From positions 1 to 24,438 of the IMG/VR virus record IMGVR_UViG_3300033559_000206: DNA of 24,438 bases; one strand, given 5' to 3'. Positions 8,136 to 16,904 of this stretch are shown in pieces. The notes beneath the pieces are model-generated. The model had not been told where the DNA came from. It searched no databases and worked only from the letters and a program-made list of their open reading frames with translations. Each line of letters begins with the position of its first letter. Within the stretch, counting starts at the first letter, position 1. The translations under genes were made by a program, and so were the position numbers. The DNA is from a virus (lineage: Duplodnaviria > Caudoviricetes).

Positions 8136-8617
8136 AAGTATTTTTTTAGCTGTTTTCGTAAATAAATATCGGGGGTGTTATTTTGTCCATGCCACCGGAG
8201 AGCCTCATCAAAAGAAGGTTGCCATAGTGGTCTTGCAGGTATGTTATTAGGTTCATAACCAAATTCATGTACTCTTGCAATATTAGCAATTTCGTTTCCT
8301 TCCTCATCTACAATGGTTTTTTTAACTCCTACAAAAACCACATCATTAATAACATAAGAAGTTACTGATTGTCTGTAAGAATTTGTTGCAATAAGTATGT
8401 TATCTGAATCTCCATTTCTTACTTTACGTGCTAAATAGTCAGGTGATAATTCAGCCCAATTCAAGTCTTGTTTACTAAAATGTGTTTGAATGATAGCCTC
8501 AACTTTCAATCCGAAACGTTTTAATGACTTTTGCTGTGCAATCACCATTTCATACTTAAGTCTTGCAGCAAGTATAGCTACTTTTTCCCAATCGCCTATT
8601 TTTTTGAAACTTGCCAT
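8132..8617 (-). CDS. Neck/virion morphogenesis protein (Mu gpG / HK97 gp10-like)
   Basis: WAELSPDY, ARVHEFG and IPARPLW motifs. Confidence 0.8.
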   Translation of the reverse strand: MASFKKIGDWEKVAILAARLKYEMVIAQQKSLKRFGLKVEAIIQTHFSKQDLNWAELSPDYLARKVRNGDSDNILIATNSYRQSVTSYVINDVVFVGVKKTIVDEEGNEIANIARVHEFGYEPNNIPARPLWQPSFDEALRWHGQNNTPDIYLRKQLKKYL

Positions 8618-8621
8618 GACT

Positions 8622-9056
8622 TTAACTATCTTGCATTATTCTTTCTATCAATACTTTACATAAAACAGGAACATTATCAAAATAACCGTCATAAAATACT
8701 TTTTTCACTTTATATTTTTCACCTTCCAAAATTATATAATCGTTTTCGGAATTAAACTTTGCAGTTGTAGTATTGAATAATGAAGTGGTCATTAAATCTG
8801 TGGTATTAAATGTTAATGTAGCTTCTTTCCTATCGGATTGCCCAAGTTCTTTATTTATAGTATCATCTGAGGAAGTATATTCAATAGCACACAATAATGT
8901 ATAATCGGTATATTGAAAAACGTCTTCCATAAATCTATCAAAAGTGGAAGTTCTTAATTGATAGGTTATTGAAACTTTATGAAATGTAAAAGTTACATCT
9001 TCCAAAGCCTTTTTAATTTGCAATATTTGAGCGGGGGATAGTAAAGAAGTTGCCAT
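8622..9056 (-). CDS. Putative head closure (stopper) protein
   Basis: Size, beta-rich C-terminus (DYIILEGEKYKVKKV) and position after the adaptor. Confidence 0.65.
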   Translation of the reverse strand: MATSLLSPAQILQIKKALEDVTFTFHKVSITYQLRTSTFDRFMEDVFQYTDYTLLCAIEYTSSDDTINKELGQSDRKEATLTFNTTDLMTTSLFNTTTAKFNSENDYIILEGEKYKVKKVFYDGYFDNVPVLCKVLIERIMQDS

Positions 9057-10090
9057 TAGTTAATCCATTGAAAGTTAGTAATTGTATAAGGAATAGGAGA
9101 ATCTTCTGTAATCAAATTACCGTTTTCATCTACCATAATGGCACAACCCAGAGTAGATAATTTTGTATTTGCGGAATTTCTGAAATTTCGCATTAAATTT
9201 TCTACATTCATTCCGAAACCGGCTTCATTTACTTTCAATTGGTCATAAACTACTTTTGCCGAACCAGCCTGAGCTTCTTTAATGAATATATTTGTTGCTG
9301 CACTTATACCATTGCCACCAGCTACCTCTGCGGCTTTAAATAACAACGTTTCAACACAAATGATGTCTGCTATTGCAGAGCGTTGAAGTATGCTATAATA
9401 ACGTTCTAAACCTATTTTACTTGTATCTTCCGCACCAATTTTGAAACAATTCTCAAGTGCAAACATAATTTCAAAGGTACGATTACTTAATAGTTCTTTA
9501 TTCAAAGAATTATCAACTATAAAAGGTAATCTATTTAATACCATTTTATAGATGTAAAGTTGTGTTACGTGGTCGGGTGCAAGTGCTACAGTAACATTAT
9601 AATTAGTAAAATAAGCGGTATTTTCTGCCGTAACTGTATAAGTAACAGGAATAGTAAAGTCAGTTTCAACTTCACTTGCGGGTAATATTGTTGCATTTTC
9701 AGAAATTTCAATTTCGGGTATCAAATTAGTAACGTCAATTCCTTCAGTAAGCTCTAATATAACCGTATAAGTATCATTTCGTATTGCACCAACAGCACCG
9801 TTAATTTTGAATGATTTGATTTGACTCTCCGTGTTTTCTGCAACTGTTAAAGTAACAATAGTAATATCACCAGCCAAATCAAAATTAATAGGGGAGCTTA
9901 AATCAAGCGTGTTACCAGACAAAAACTCCTCACTATTAACTAAAATAGTTCCTTCAACATCAGTTGTAAAAAAGACCAATAAAGTGGTGGCAGTATTAAA
10001 TGGTACGGTAATACCTACCGAGCCTACGCCGATTGTCCCTGCAAATTCGTTGCCTACGTTGTCTTTTACTGTAAATGTTGTGAATACCAT
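9056..10090 (-). CDS. Putative head-tail adaptor with N-terminal Ig-like (DUF5018-like) domains
   Basis: N-half is Thr/Val-rich beta with DVTNLIPEIEISENATILP...DFTIPVTYTVTAEN; C-half is helical with IKEAQAGSAKVVY (adaptor hairpin); adaptor position. Confidence 0.65.
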   Translation of the reverse strand: MVFTTFTVKDNVGNEFAGTIGVGSVGITVPFNTATTLLVFFTTDVEGTILVNSEEFLSGNTLDLSSPINFDLAGDITIVTLTVAENTESQIKSFKINGAVGAIRNDTYTVILELTEGIDVTNLIPEIEISENATILPASEVETDFTIPVTYTVTAENTAYFTNYNVTVALAPDHVTQLYIYKMVLNRLPFIVDNSLNKELLSNRTFEIMFALENCFKIGAEDTSKIGLERYYSILQRSAIADIICVETLLFKAAEVAGGNGISAATNIFIKEAQAGSAKVVYDQLKVNEAGFGMNVENLMRNFRNSANTKLSTLGCAIMVDENGNLITEDSPIPYTITNFQWIN

Positions 10091-10096
10091 TTCGTA

Positions 10097-10417
10097 TTAT
10101 TTATAAGATTTTAATTTTTCAATTAAATCAGATTTTTTGTATTTAGCCGAATCCCCTGTTCGTTCTTTGTATAAGGAAGCCATAGTCAGAAAATCGTTTG
10201 TTTTCAGGGCTTTTTCTATCTCCGATAAATCCTCAGAAGGTTCTTCCAAACTTTCAGTCATTACTGTTTCAACTTTAACCAAAATTCCGGTTTTTAATGC
10301 TTTCTGAATGTTTTTATCACCCTCATTAACTTCATAAATTTTGTCGTTACCATGATAGAATTTTTCGTTTTCTGAATCCCACCAACATCCACCTTTGTCT
10401 TTTAATTTTGCAAGCAT
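10097..10417 (-). CDS. Small capsid-adjacent hypothetical protein
   Basis: 106 aa after MCP; ALKTGILVKV and C-terminal KKSDLIEKL helix typical of small genes following MCP. Confidence 0.7.
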   Translation of the reverse strand: MLAKLKDKGGCWWDSENEKFYHGNDKIYEVNEGDKNIQKALKTGILVKVETVMTESLEEPSEDLSEIEKALKTNDFLTMASLYKERTGDSAKYKKSDLIEKLKSYK

Positions 10418-10436
10418 AATATTTAGATTTTAAAAT

Positions 10437-10465
10437 AAAAAAGGCAGCAGCACAAGCCGCTGCCT
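10437..10465 (-). terminator. Intrinsic terminator after major capsid gene
   Basis: AGGCAGC/GCTGCCT stem followed by a T run on the minus strand. Confidence 0.8.
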
Positions 10466-10497
10466 CAAAGAAAATTAGTATGTAGAAAAGGAAAAGG

Positions 10498-11694
10498 TTA
10501 GAAAGTCTTATTTTGATAGGTAGCCAAATCCATGTAAGCAGGAAAGGTGTTACCGGAAAATGCAACTGAGCGGTCAAGAATTACTGCGGCATCTCTTTTT
10601 AGTTTGTAAAGTCCAAAGATTTGTGAAACAGCAACTTCATAAACTTGCGACATAATGTCTTTGTCTTCTTCTATCATAAGGTCGTTCACAACCAATTTAA
10701 CCAATGCTGATGCAGGGTCAACAAACATTACTTTGTTTGCCGGCATAATGCCATGAGTAATTGAATTTAAAGCTCTTACGTCAGCAGTTCTACGGTTAAT
10801 ATTCAACAATTTTGTATCACCGGAAAAACCTTTAATTTCACTAATTAATGCAATATCAATAGCTTCGTCTTCTCGTGAAATCATGTATTGCGGAATACGC
10901 TGCAAGTTGCTCATTCGTGTTGAAATTCGCAAAAGGTCTTTATAAGTGAAAGTAGAACCGTCAGCAGTACCAATTACAGGTGCGCTTTCAGTGTTTCCTG
11001 CTTGCTCACCGTTGATTAATGTATTGATAATGTAAGCGTTTTCTTCAACAGCCATCAAGCGACCAATATCGGCAAGTTCCAAAGCAAGCAAATCAATAGT
11101 TGAATACATACGAGCTTCATAACTGATATTGATACCTTTACCAACTTTACGTACCCCAACGTTTTTACTTCCCATAGAAATTGAACCGAGTGAAAAACGT
11201 TCTGTTTCGCCTGTGTGTTTTGGTGCGCTGTCCGATACGTTAAAATGGGGTACAGTAATATTGTTTGAGGATACCGATTTTTCAGTTGAAATTAATTCGC
11301 GGTAAACATTTTGTTCAATTCCCAAACGAACTGCGTCAATTATAATTTCCGGTATAATCCAATTACCAACGGCATTTAATTCCGGTGTGTTTGTGAAACT
11401 TGCAATGTTATCACGAGCGGTGTCGATACCAAGTGCAGTCAAATATTTGTTGAATGATTGTGCCGGAGTGCCGTCAAAACCATAAAGTTCTTTTAAATAT
11501 TCGCCGATTGTGATAATTGCAGCAGGTTTGTTGCTTGTCGGGCTTTTCAGTGCCTTGTAAGAACGACCTACATTTTGAACGTCTTTAATGAAGCCCTGAC
11601 GTTGTTCTTTTGCTTTTTCGGAGTACTTCGGCATAGGATTACCACCATTGTCGAGTACTTCTTTTTTTAAGGATTCTACGTGTTTAAATTCCAT
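10498..11694 (-). CDS. Major capsid protein (HK97 fold)
   Basis: WIIPEIIIDAVRLG, GETERF, KVGKGINISYE and INTLING motifs; after protease and decoration genes; followed by a terminator. Confidence 0.9.
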   Translation of the reverse strand: MEFKHVESLKKEVLDNGGNPMPKYSEKAKEQRQGFIKDVQNVGRSYKALKSPTSNKPAAIITIGEYLKELYGFDGTPAQSFNKYLTALGIDTARDNIASFTNTPELNAVGNWIIPEIIIDAVRLGIEQNVYRELISTEKSVSSNNITVPHFNVSDSAPKHTGETERFSLGSISMGSKNVGVRKVGKGINISYEARMYSTIDLLALELADIGRLMAVEENAYIINTLINGEQAGNTESAPVIGTADGSTFTYKDLLRISTRMSNLQRIPQYMISREDEAIDIALISEIKGFSGDTKLLNINRRTADVRALNSITHGIMPANKVMFVDPASALVKLVVNDLMIEEDKDIMSQVYEVAVSQIFGLYKLKRDAAVILDRSVAFSGNTFPAYMDLATYQNKTF

Positions 11695-11729
11695 TTTATC
11701 TTATGATTTTAAAGTTCAACAATAAATGA

Positions 11730-12197
11730 TTAAGCCAATGGTAAAGCATAGTTAAAATCAACTGCAACAAGAATTTCGTTACCATCTGCGATTGCTGCTG
11801 TTAAAGCTATACCAACAGAAGCGTTACCTACAACGGTAGTAGTATATTCTTGTAATTTTGTGGTGTTGTTAAATGCACCTGCGGATACATTTGCACCAGC
11901 CGAAATTGCTGCGGTAGCTTCCCCTCTTAATACAACGCAGAAAGGAGTATAAACAGTAGCAAAGTAAGCACCATTAAATTCTTCGGTAGTTTTAACAATA
12001 CCAATAGGTTTGTCGGTTACGGCAGTAACGGCTGCAATTGTGCCATCAGATGCTAATTTAACTACTTGACCTACATTGTATAAAGCGGCAGCTTCAAATT
12101 TGATAGTAAGATTGCCACCTTCTTCTTTTTTTACAATTGCGGTTCCGCCGATACCTAAAGAATGTTGAAAGGAATATGGATTTGGAGTCGTTGCCAT
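11730..12197 (-). CDS. Head decoration/cement protein (DUF2190-like)
   Basis: Ala/Gly/Val-rich with GQVVKL, PIGIV, AISAGANV and VGIALTAA motifs; between protease and MCP. Confidence 0.75.
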   Translation of the reverse strand: MATTPNPYSFQHSLGIGGTAIVKKEEGGNLTIKFEAAALYNVGQVVKLASDGTIAAVTAVTDKPIGIVKTTEEFNGAYFATVYTPFCVVLRGEATAAISAGANVSAGAFNNTTKLQEYTTTVVGNASVGIALTAAIADGNEILVAVDFNYALPLA

Positions 12198-12218
12198 AAT
12201 TGATTAATTTTTAAAGTT

Positions 12219-13703
12219 TTATAAAGTTTTTTTAGTGTATTTTTCTCTTAATTCTTCGGAATTATAAGGTCTTGTCTCTTCTACTACTTTTTCATCAGCA
12301 AAAGATGACCGGAAAGTAAAATCATGTGAACCACAAGCGGCACAAGTGGCTGTAAATTTTGAAGTTACATCATTCAAATATTGTTTTAACAAACCATCAA
12401 GTTCGGCACTTGTTGCTCTTGAAAACATTGCTAAAACATTATCATCTACTAATTTGGCGGACTGTTTGTAACGTAAAATTACTTCTTCTCTTTTTGAAGT
12501 TACGAATTTTTGCCCTTCAGTTACAAATTCTTTGTTCTCATTAACAGTATTTTCCAAACTTGTAACTTTTTCCTTTGTTACAATAAGTTCGGCAGTGAGT
12601 TCGGTAACTTGTTTTTCAAATTTTGCAATTTCAGATACCTTATTTTGAAGTTCAGTTTTTTCGGATGTAAGATTAACAACCTCGTTTCTAACAGCCGCAA
12701 ACTCTTGTCTTGCAACAAGTTCGTATTCATTAATATCATCAACATTCTTTGTCAGTTCTTTGTAGGAACTTGCAATATCCTTTGTTAATTTGAAGTAAGT
12801 TTGCAATTGTTCGGCAGTAACCTCAGCATCAGCCCCCAAACCAAGTTCGGAACGTAATAGCATAAGTAATTCTTCCATTTTATAATTAATTAGTTTAATT
12901 TTATCTTTTTGAGTTTCAAAAATGTAATATTTTGATTTTGCGGTATATTCATCTTTGACTTCTTGTTGTTCTTTTGCGAATGAAATTTCTTTTGAAAATA
13001 TACTTGCGGTATCAATTTGTTTTAAATTGCCGTTGCTGTCTTTTAGTTTTGCATAAGGGTCAGCACCGAGCCAAACAAGTGAACTTTCATAATAATCATG
13101 GATTTTTGTTACTATTCTACGTACCATTTCGCCGTTGATTATTCTTCCTACATTGTTTTCAAATTCCCAATCATCTTGAAAATCATGTGAAGGCTGCCAG
13201 TCAAAATAAACAGTAACCGAGTTTGAATGTATTGCACCGTCAATTAGATTTGCTGCGATTTTTGAGTTTTCTTTTTTATTCACCCGCACCAAACCGTCAA
13301 TTCCCGCCGGTACATTAATTCCGGTAATATCAATAAAAGAATTTCCCCACGTTGGGCTTACTATTTTACCTACTACATTATCAACTGAATATGTGTTGTG
13401 GTCTTTGTAAACAGGAATGTCTTTGATTTTTGGAATGGAATTTCTTAATACTTTTTCGTCTGAAAAATCTGTGGCTTTCCATGTACCTGCACCAACGATT
13501 GTGGCGGAAATTAAACGAAAAGGAACTTCAATATAATCTTCCTCATCTGGTAAAGGATTTCTTTGTGCAAAACCTAATTTTTGGCTTACAAGTGGCAGCC
13601 GTTCTCCACCCTTTCCAATATCAAAAATCGTACCAACGTTGTTGATAGTCAATACGTTATTCTCTTTTTTGAGTGATATTACGCCTTGTTTTTTTTCGGT
13701 CAT
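12219..13703 (-). CDS. Prohead protease-scaffold fusion
   Basis: PVYKDH (His), IHSNSVT (Ser) and YESSLVWLGADP motifs of phage prohead proteases; C-terminal coiled coil. Confidence 0.85.
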   Translation of the reverse strand: MTEKKQGVISLKKENNVLTINNVGTIFDIGKGGERLPLVSQKLGFAQRNPLPDEEDYIEVPFRLISATIVGAGTWKATDFSDEKVLRNSIPKIKDIPVYKDHNTYSVDNVVGKIVSPTWGNSFIDITGINVPAGIDGLVRVNKKENSKIAANLIDGAIHSNSVTVYFDWQPSHDFQDDWEFENNVGRIINGEMVRRIVTKIHDYYESSLVWLGADPYAKLKDSNGNLKQIDTASIFSKEISFAKEQQEVKDEYTAKSKYYIFETQKDKIKLINYKMEELLMLLRSELGLGADAEVTAEQLQTYFKLTKDIASSYKELTKNVDDINEYELVARQEFAAVRNEVVNLTSEKTELQNKVSEIAKFEKQVTELTAELIVTKEKVTSLENTVNENKEFVTEGQKFVTSKREEVILRYKQSAKLVDDNVLAMFSRATSAELDGLLKQYLNDVTSKFTATCAACGSHDFTFRSSFADEKVVEETRPYNSEELREKYTKKTL

Positions 13704-13761
13704 TTTAATATATGTAAGATGTTTATTTTCAGTATGTTATAAATAAAATGAAAAATTTTTG

Positions 13762-13811
13762 AAAATAATTGTTAAAAAATTTGTTTTTTCGGAATTTAGT
13801 CTATATATTTG
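13762..13811 (+). promoter_or_regulatory. Bacteroidota-type promoter with AAAATAATTGTTAAA box
   Basis: Box 13762-13776; TTTG 13780-13783; 20-nt spacer; TAtaTTTG 13804-13811. Confidence 0.8.
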
Positions 13812-13831
13812 CACTTTAATTACTGAGTAGA

Positions 13832-14296
13832 ATGTACACATTAAAACAGAAAAATTTTATGGGTATTACATTAAAGGAGTTTCTTAGAAATTTTAATGAA
13901 GGTTGCCGACCTGATAAAAATGGTAAAATTACTATTGATTTTGAAACTTTGTCTTTGTTTATTTGTAATGGTTCTTTTACCGTTGTAGAAGGCGAAAAGA
14001 ATAAAGAGTATTTCCGTCTTTACGTTGGTAAAATGCCAAACGGCTGCTTAGGGCTTACAGTAATGTGTGGTAAAACAATTGCTTTAACAATTAGTCATTG
14101 TCCTTTGGTTGCGGTGAAAACGTATGCCGAAATGACTATTTCTGAAAAAATTGCTGCAATCCGCAGTATGCAAATACTTCACAACAATTTATCGGCAAAC
14201 AAAGAACAAGAGCGAATTGATTTGGAAAACAAATTGCAATTGTTAAAGTTTGAAGCTGTGCAAATTGCCCAGATTTTAGCAACCATGCAAAAGTAA
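13832..14296 (+). CDS. Hypothetical protein (start may be ATG 13859)
   Basis: 154-aa ORF directly downstream of the promoter; C-terminal coiled coil. Confidence 0.75.
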   Translation: MYTLKQKNFMGITLKEFLRNFNEGCRPDKNGKITIDFETLSLFICNGSFTVVEGEKNKEYFRLYVGKMPNGCLGLTVMCGKTIALTISHCPLVAVKTYAEMTISEKIAAIRSMQILHNNLSANKEQERIDLENKLQLLKFEAVQIAQILATMQK

Positions 14297-14354
14297 AAGT
14301 TTATTGTATAACGTAAAAGTTTACTGTTTATTGTATTAAGTAAAAATTATTTTT

Positions 14355-14729
14355 ATGAAAACGAAAAAATCTTTATTTAGAACATTGCAAAATATTATTG
14401 AAATAATAAAGTTGATACCTCAAGCAAAAGAATTGCAATTAAAAAATGAAAAATTGACTAATTTGCTTGAGGTATCTACTACTGAAAAATCGGCATGGCA
14501 AAGGAAAGCGGAATTTCTTGCGAATAGGTTGAAAACTTTGAGCGATGCTTATACTTTGAATTGTGAAAATGATTTGAATTTTTACAGTTTTAAAAATGTT
14601 CCTACTGAAAAGGATTCATTTTTAAATTTCTTAAAAGAAAAAGCATTATCCGCAGAAAGTTATGGAACGGAATTTAGAACGCTTTGCAAAGATGATGATG
14701 ACATTTTAGATAATTCAGCAATTGATTAA
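14355..14729 (+). CDS. Hypothetical coiled-coil protein with acidic tail
   Basis: 124-aa ORF followed by a terminator. Confidence 0.75.
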   Translation: MKTKKSLFRTLQNIIEIIKLIPQAKELQLKNEKLTNLLEVSTTEKSAWQRKAEFLANRLKTLSDAYTLNCENDLNFYSFKNVPTEKDSFLNFLKEKALSAESYGTEFRTLCKDDDDILDNSAID

Positions 14730-14783
14730 TTTTGATTTGTAGGTTTGTTGTATATAGATTATAAGTGGTTTTTGTTTTGATTT

Positions 14784-14818
14784 AACCTCCTTTATTTTTG
14801 ATATAAAGGAGGTTTTTT
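14784..14818 (+). terminator. Intrinsic terminator
   Basis: 12-bp stem AACCTCCTTTAT/ATAAAGGAGGTT plus T run, between convergent genes. Confidence 0.88.
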
Positions 14819-14843
14819 ATTTATGGATATAATGTATTAAAAT

Positions 14844-16106
14844 TTATTTTGCTGCGGATTTATAAGGCTCACCGTTCTTTTTTACGGTAATATTAGGTTG
14901 TAGTTTAATCATTCTATCAATTATTACTTGGCAATACTTTGGTTCAAGTTCCATTCCATAACATTTTCTTTTGAGTTGGTGGGCTGCTACCATTGTGCTG
15001 CCGCTGCCGAGAAAGGGGTCATAAACGTCTCCATCATGATTCTTAATAGGTTTTAACATACATTCAATAGGTTTTTGAGTACTATGTCCTGTTTCACTTT
15101 TTTGTGGTTTTGGAATTTCCCACAAAGTAGTTTGGCTTCTATCGCCTATATAATTTGCTTTGAATCCCTTTTTTACAACGTACCAACAAGGCTCGTGTTT
15201 CCAATGATAGTCTCCTCTACTTATTGCAAAATTATTTTTAGCCCAAATAATCTGACTACGAATTTCAAAATCACAATTTTCTAACGACTTTTGAACTAAC
15301 CCACTAAATTTACCAGCATGATAAACATAAGCAACTTTCGCAGGGCTTAAAATCCAAGCATCGCTCCAATCTGCTTTATCATCATTTTGAACTTTCCCTA
15401 CTGCGCTGCCACCTATTTTTTTACCATTTGCTCTATCAGCTTCATTTCGCCAATTAGCATCATAAACAACACCATAAGGAGGGTCAGTAACCATTAAGTA
15501 AGGTTCATTTTTTAGTAATAGCATTTCAACGTCTTCCTTTTTTGTACTATCACCACACAATAACCTATGCTCGCCAATTTCAAATAAATCCCCAAGTACA
15601 ATATCGGTTTCAATAACTTCTGGAACTTCAAAATCATCTTCTTTAACTTCAAAGTCATCTTTACCAAAACCACCTTCCCCCAAAAATTCGCTTTCCAACC
15701 CCCACTCACCTAATTGCTCAAAGTCCCAGCTTTGCAAGATGTCCCAATCAAAACTACCACCGTCATTATTTGCTACAATGCAAGCTTGTTTAAACTGCTC
15801 CTCTGTAAAGGAAACCTCTCGGTAAGCGTATTCCTCGCCGTTGTATTCAATAAAACCATGTGATAGTGTACCTTGTTCGGTAGGTTCATCATATTGCTTT
15901 ACATAATGTATATTACAACCATGAAAGATGTCGCTTCTTTGATTGCCACCTACATATGCCTGATTATTAACACAATATACTACACCTGACAAATCGCCAA
16001 GTTCTTCTAAATGCTGTTTCAAAAGGATTTGCTGTTTTTCGGTTATCTTTCGGGGGTTGCCTTTAAATTTAAGATTGTTGTCAATCTTTTTAGTTTTATT
16101 CGCCAT
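14844..16106 (-). CDS. ParB-like N-terminal domain fused to beta-class amino-DNA methyltransferase
   Basis: NPRKI...GGNQR N-domain; HRLLCGDST, TDPPYG, HSTQKP, DPFLGSGST and GMELEPKYC motifs. Confidence 0.92.
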   Translation of the reverse strand: MANKTKKIDNNLKFKGNPRKITEKQQILLKQHLEELGDLSGVVYCVNNQAYVGGNQRSDIFHGCNIHYVKQYDEPTEQGTLSHGFIEYNGEEYAYREVSFTEEQFKQACIVANNDGGSFDWDILQSWDFEQLGEWGLESEFLGEGGFGKDDFEVKEDDFEVPEVIETDIVLGDLFEIGEHRLLCGDSTKKEDVEMLLLKNEPYLMVTDPPYGVVYDANWRNEADRANGKKIGGSAVGKVQNDDKADWSDAWILSPAKVAYVYHAGKFSGLVQKSLENCDFEIRSQIIWAKNNFAISRGDYHWKHEPCWYVVKKGFKANYIGDRSQTTLWEIPKPQKSETGHSTQKPIECMLKPIKNHDGDVYDPFLGSGSTMVAAHQLKRKCYGMELEPKYCQVIIDRMIKLQPNITVKKNGEPYKSAAK

Positions 16107-16282
16107 TGTGATTGTTTTTGGTTGGTAAAATTCGTGGTATTAAGATTTGTTATAAGATAGTATTCTAAAAATTTATAATGCAAAATTTGCGGTTTAAAAT
16201 GTGAAATTTTGATAGTGCAAAAAAATTACTTACTATGTAAGTACATAACGTAAATTGTGGGTAGTTTATTGTATTGCGGAAA

Positions 16283-16320
16283 ATAAAAAATACCATAATT
16301 GGGGTTATGGTATTTTTTAT
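16283..16320. terminator. Bidirectional intrinsic terminator
   Basis: ATAAAAAATACCATAA-TTGGGG-TTATGGTATTTTTTAT, a 16-bp perfect inverted repeat after ORF 16338. Confidence 0.85.
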
Positions 16321-16337
16321 TGTGGTGGTTTTGGATT

Positions 16338-16622
16338 TTATTCCTGATTAAGAATGTAATCAAATAGTTGTCGCATCGGCATTTCTTTTGTTTCCAAAAA
16401 AGAAATAAAGCTACCTATTGTTTTGCGGTCCTCTTCTGAAATACCGAAATAATCGTTTTTACTACCTAATTTAGAGGTGTTTTCAATTGTACCCATCGGG
16501 TGATGTGTGATACTTTTAAGAGCTTGTATTGCAGTTGCAATGTTACTATTTTGTAATGTATATGCTACCGTTGCATTTTGCATTGCGGCGGCTTTTTCTA
16601 TTTTTACGTTCGAGGCTTTCAT
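16338..16622 (-). CDS. Hypothetical protein
   Basis: 94-aa ORF bracketed by its own promoter and terminator. Confidence 0.78.
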   Translation of the reverse strand: MKASNVKIEKAAAMQNATVAYTLQNSNIATAIQALKSITHHPMGTIENTSKLGSKNDYFGISEEDRKTIGSFISFLETKEMPMRQLFDYILNQE

Positions 16623-16679
16623 TTTATTCAGTTTTAAAGAGTAAAAAAAAATTTATTTTTGTTATTAAAAAATCATATA

Positions 16680-16710
16680 CAAATGTAAAACTTTTATTTT
16701 ACATAGCAAA
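16680..16710 (-). promoter_or_regulatory. Bacteroidota-type promoter
   Basis: Minus strand TTTG (16710-16707), 19 nt, TAcaTTTG (16687-16680). Confidence 0.8.
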
Positions 16711-16866
16711 CTTTTTTGCAAAAAAAATAAAAAAATAATTTCCTTTGTAATGCTGATTTGTTGCTTGTTTGCGAAAACCTTACTTTTTATTTTTCAAAAT
16801 TGTATGTTATAAAGCAGGTTTTCGCACTACCAAAACGTCATTTTTTTTCAAAGTACCTTTATTTTT

Positions 16867-16900
16867 GCTTCGCCACCGGTTTGCAGCGGCGAAGCTTTTT
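16867..16900 (+). terminator. GC-rich hairpin with plus-strand T tail
   Basis: GCTTCGCC/GGCGAAGC stem followed by TTTTT on the plus strand only. Confidence 0.6.
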
Positions 16901-16904
16901 GTGA

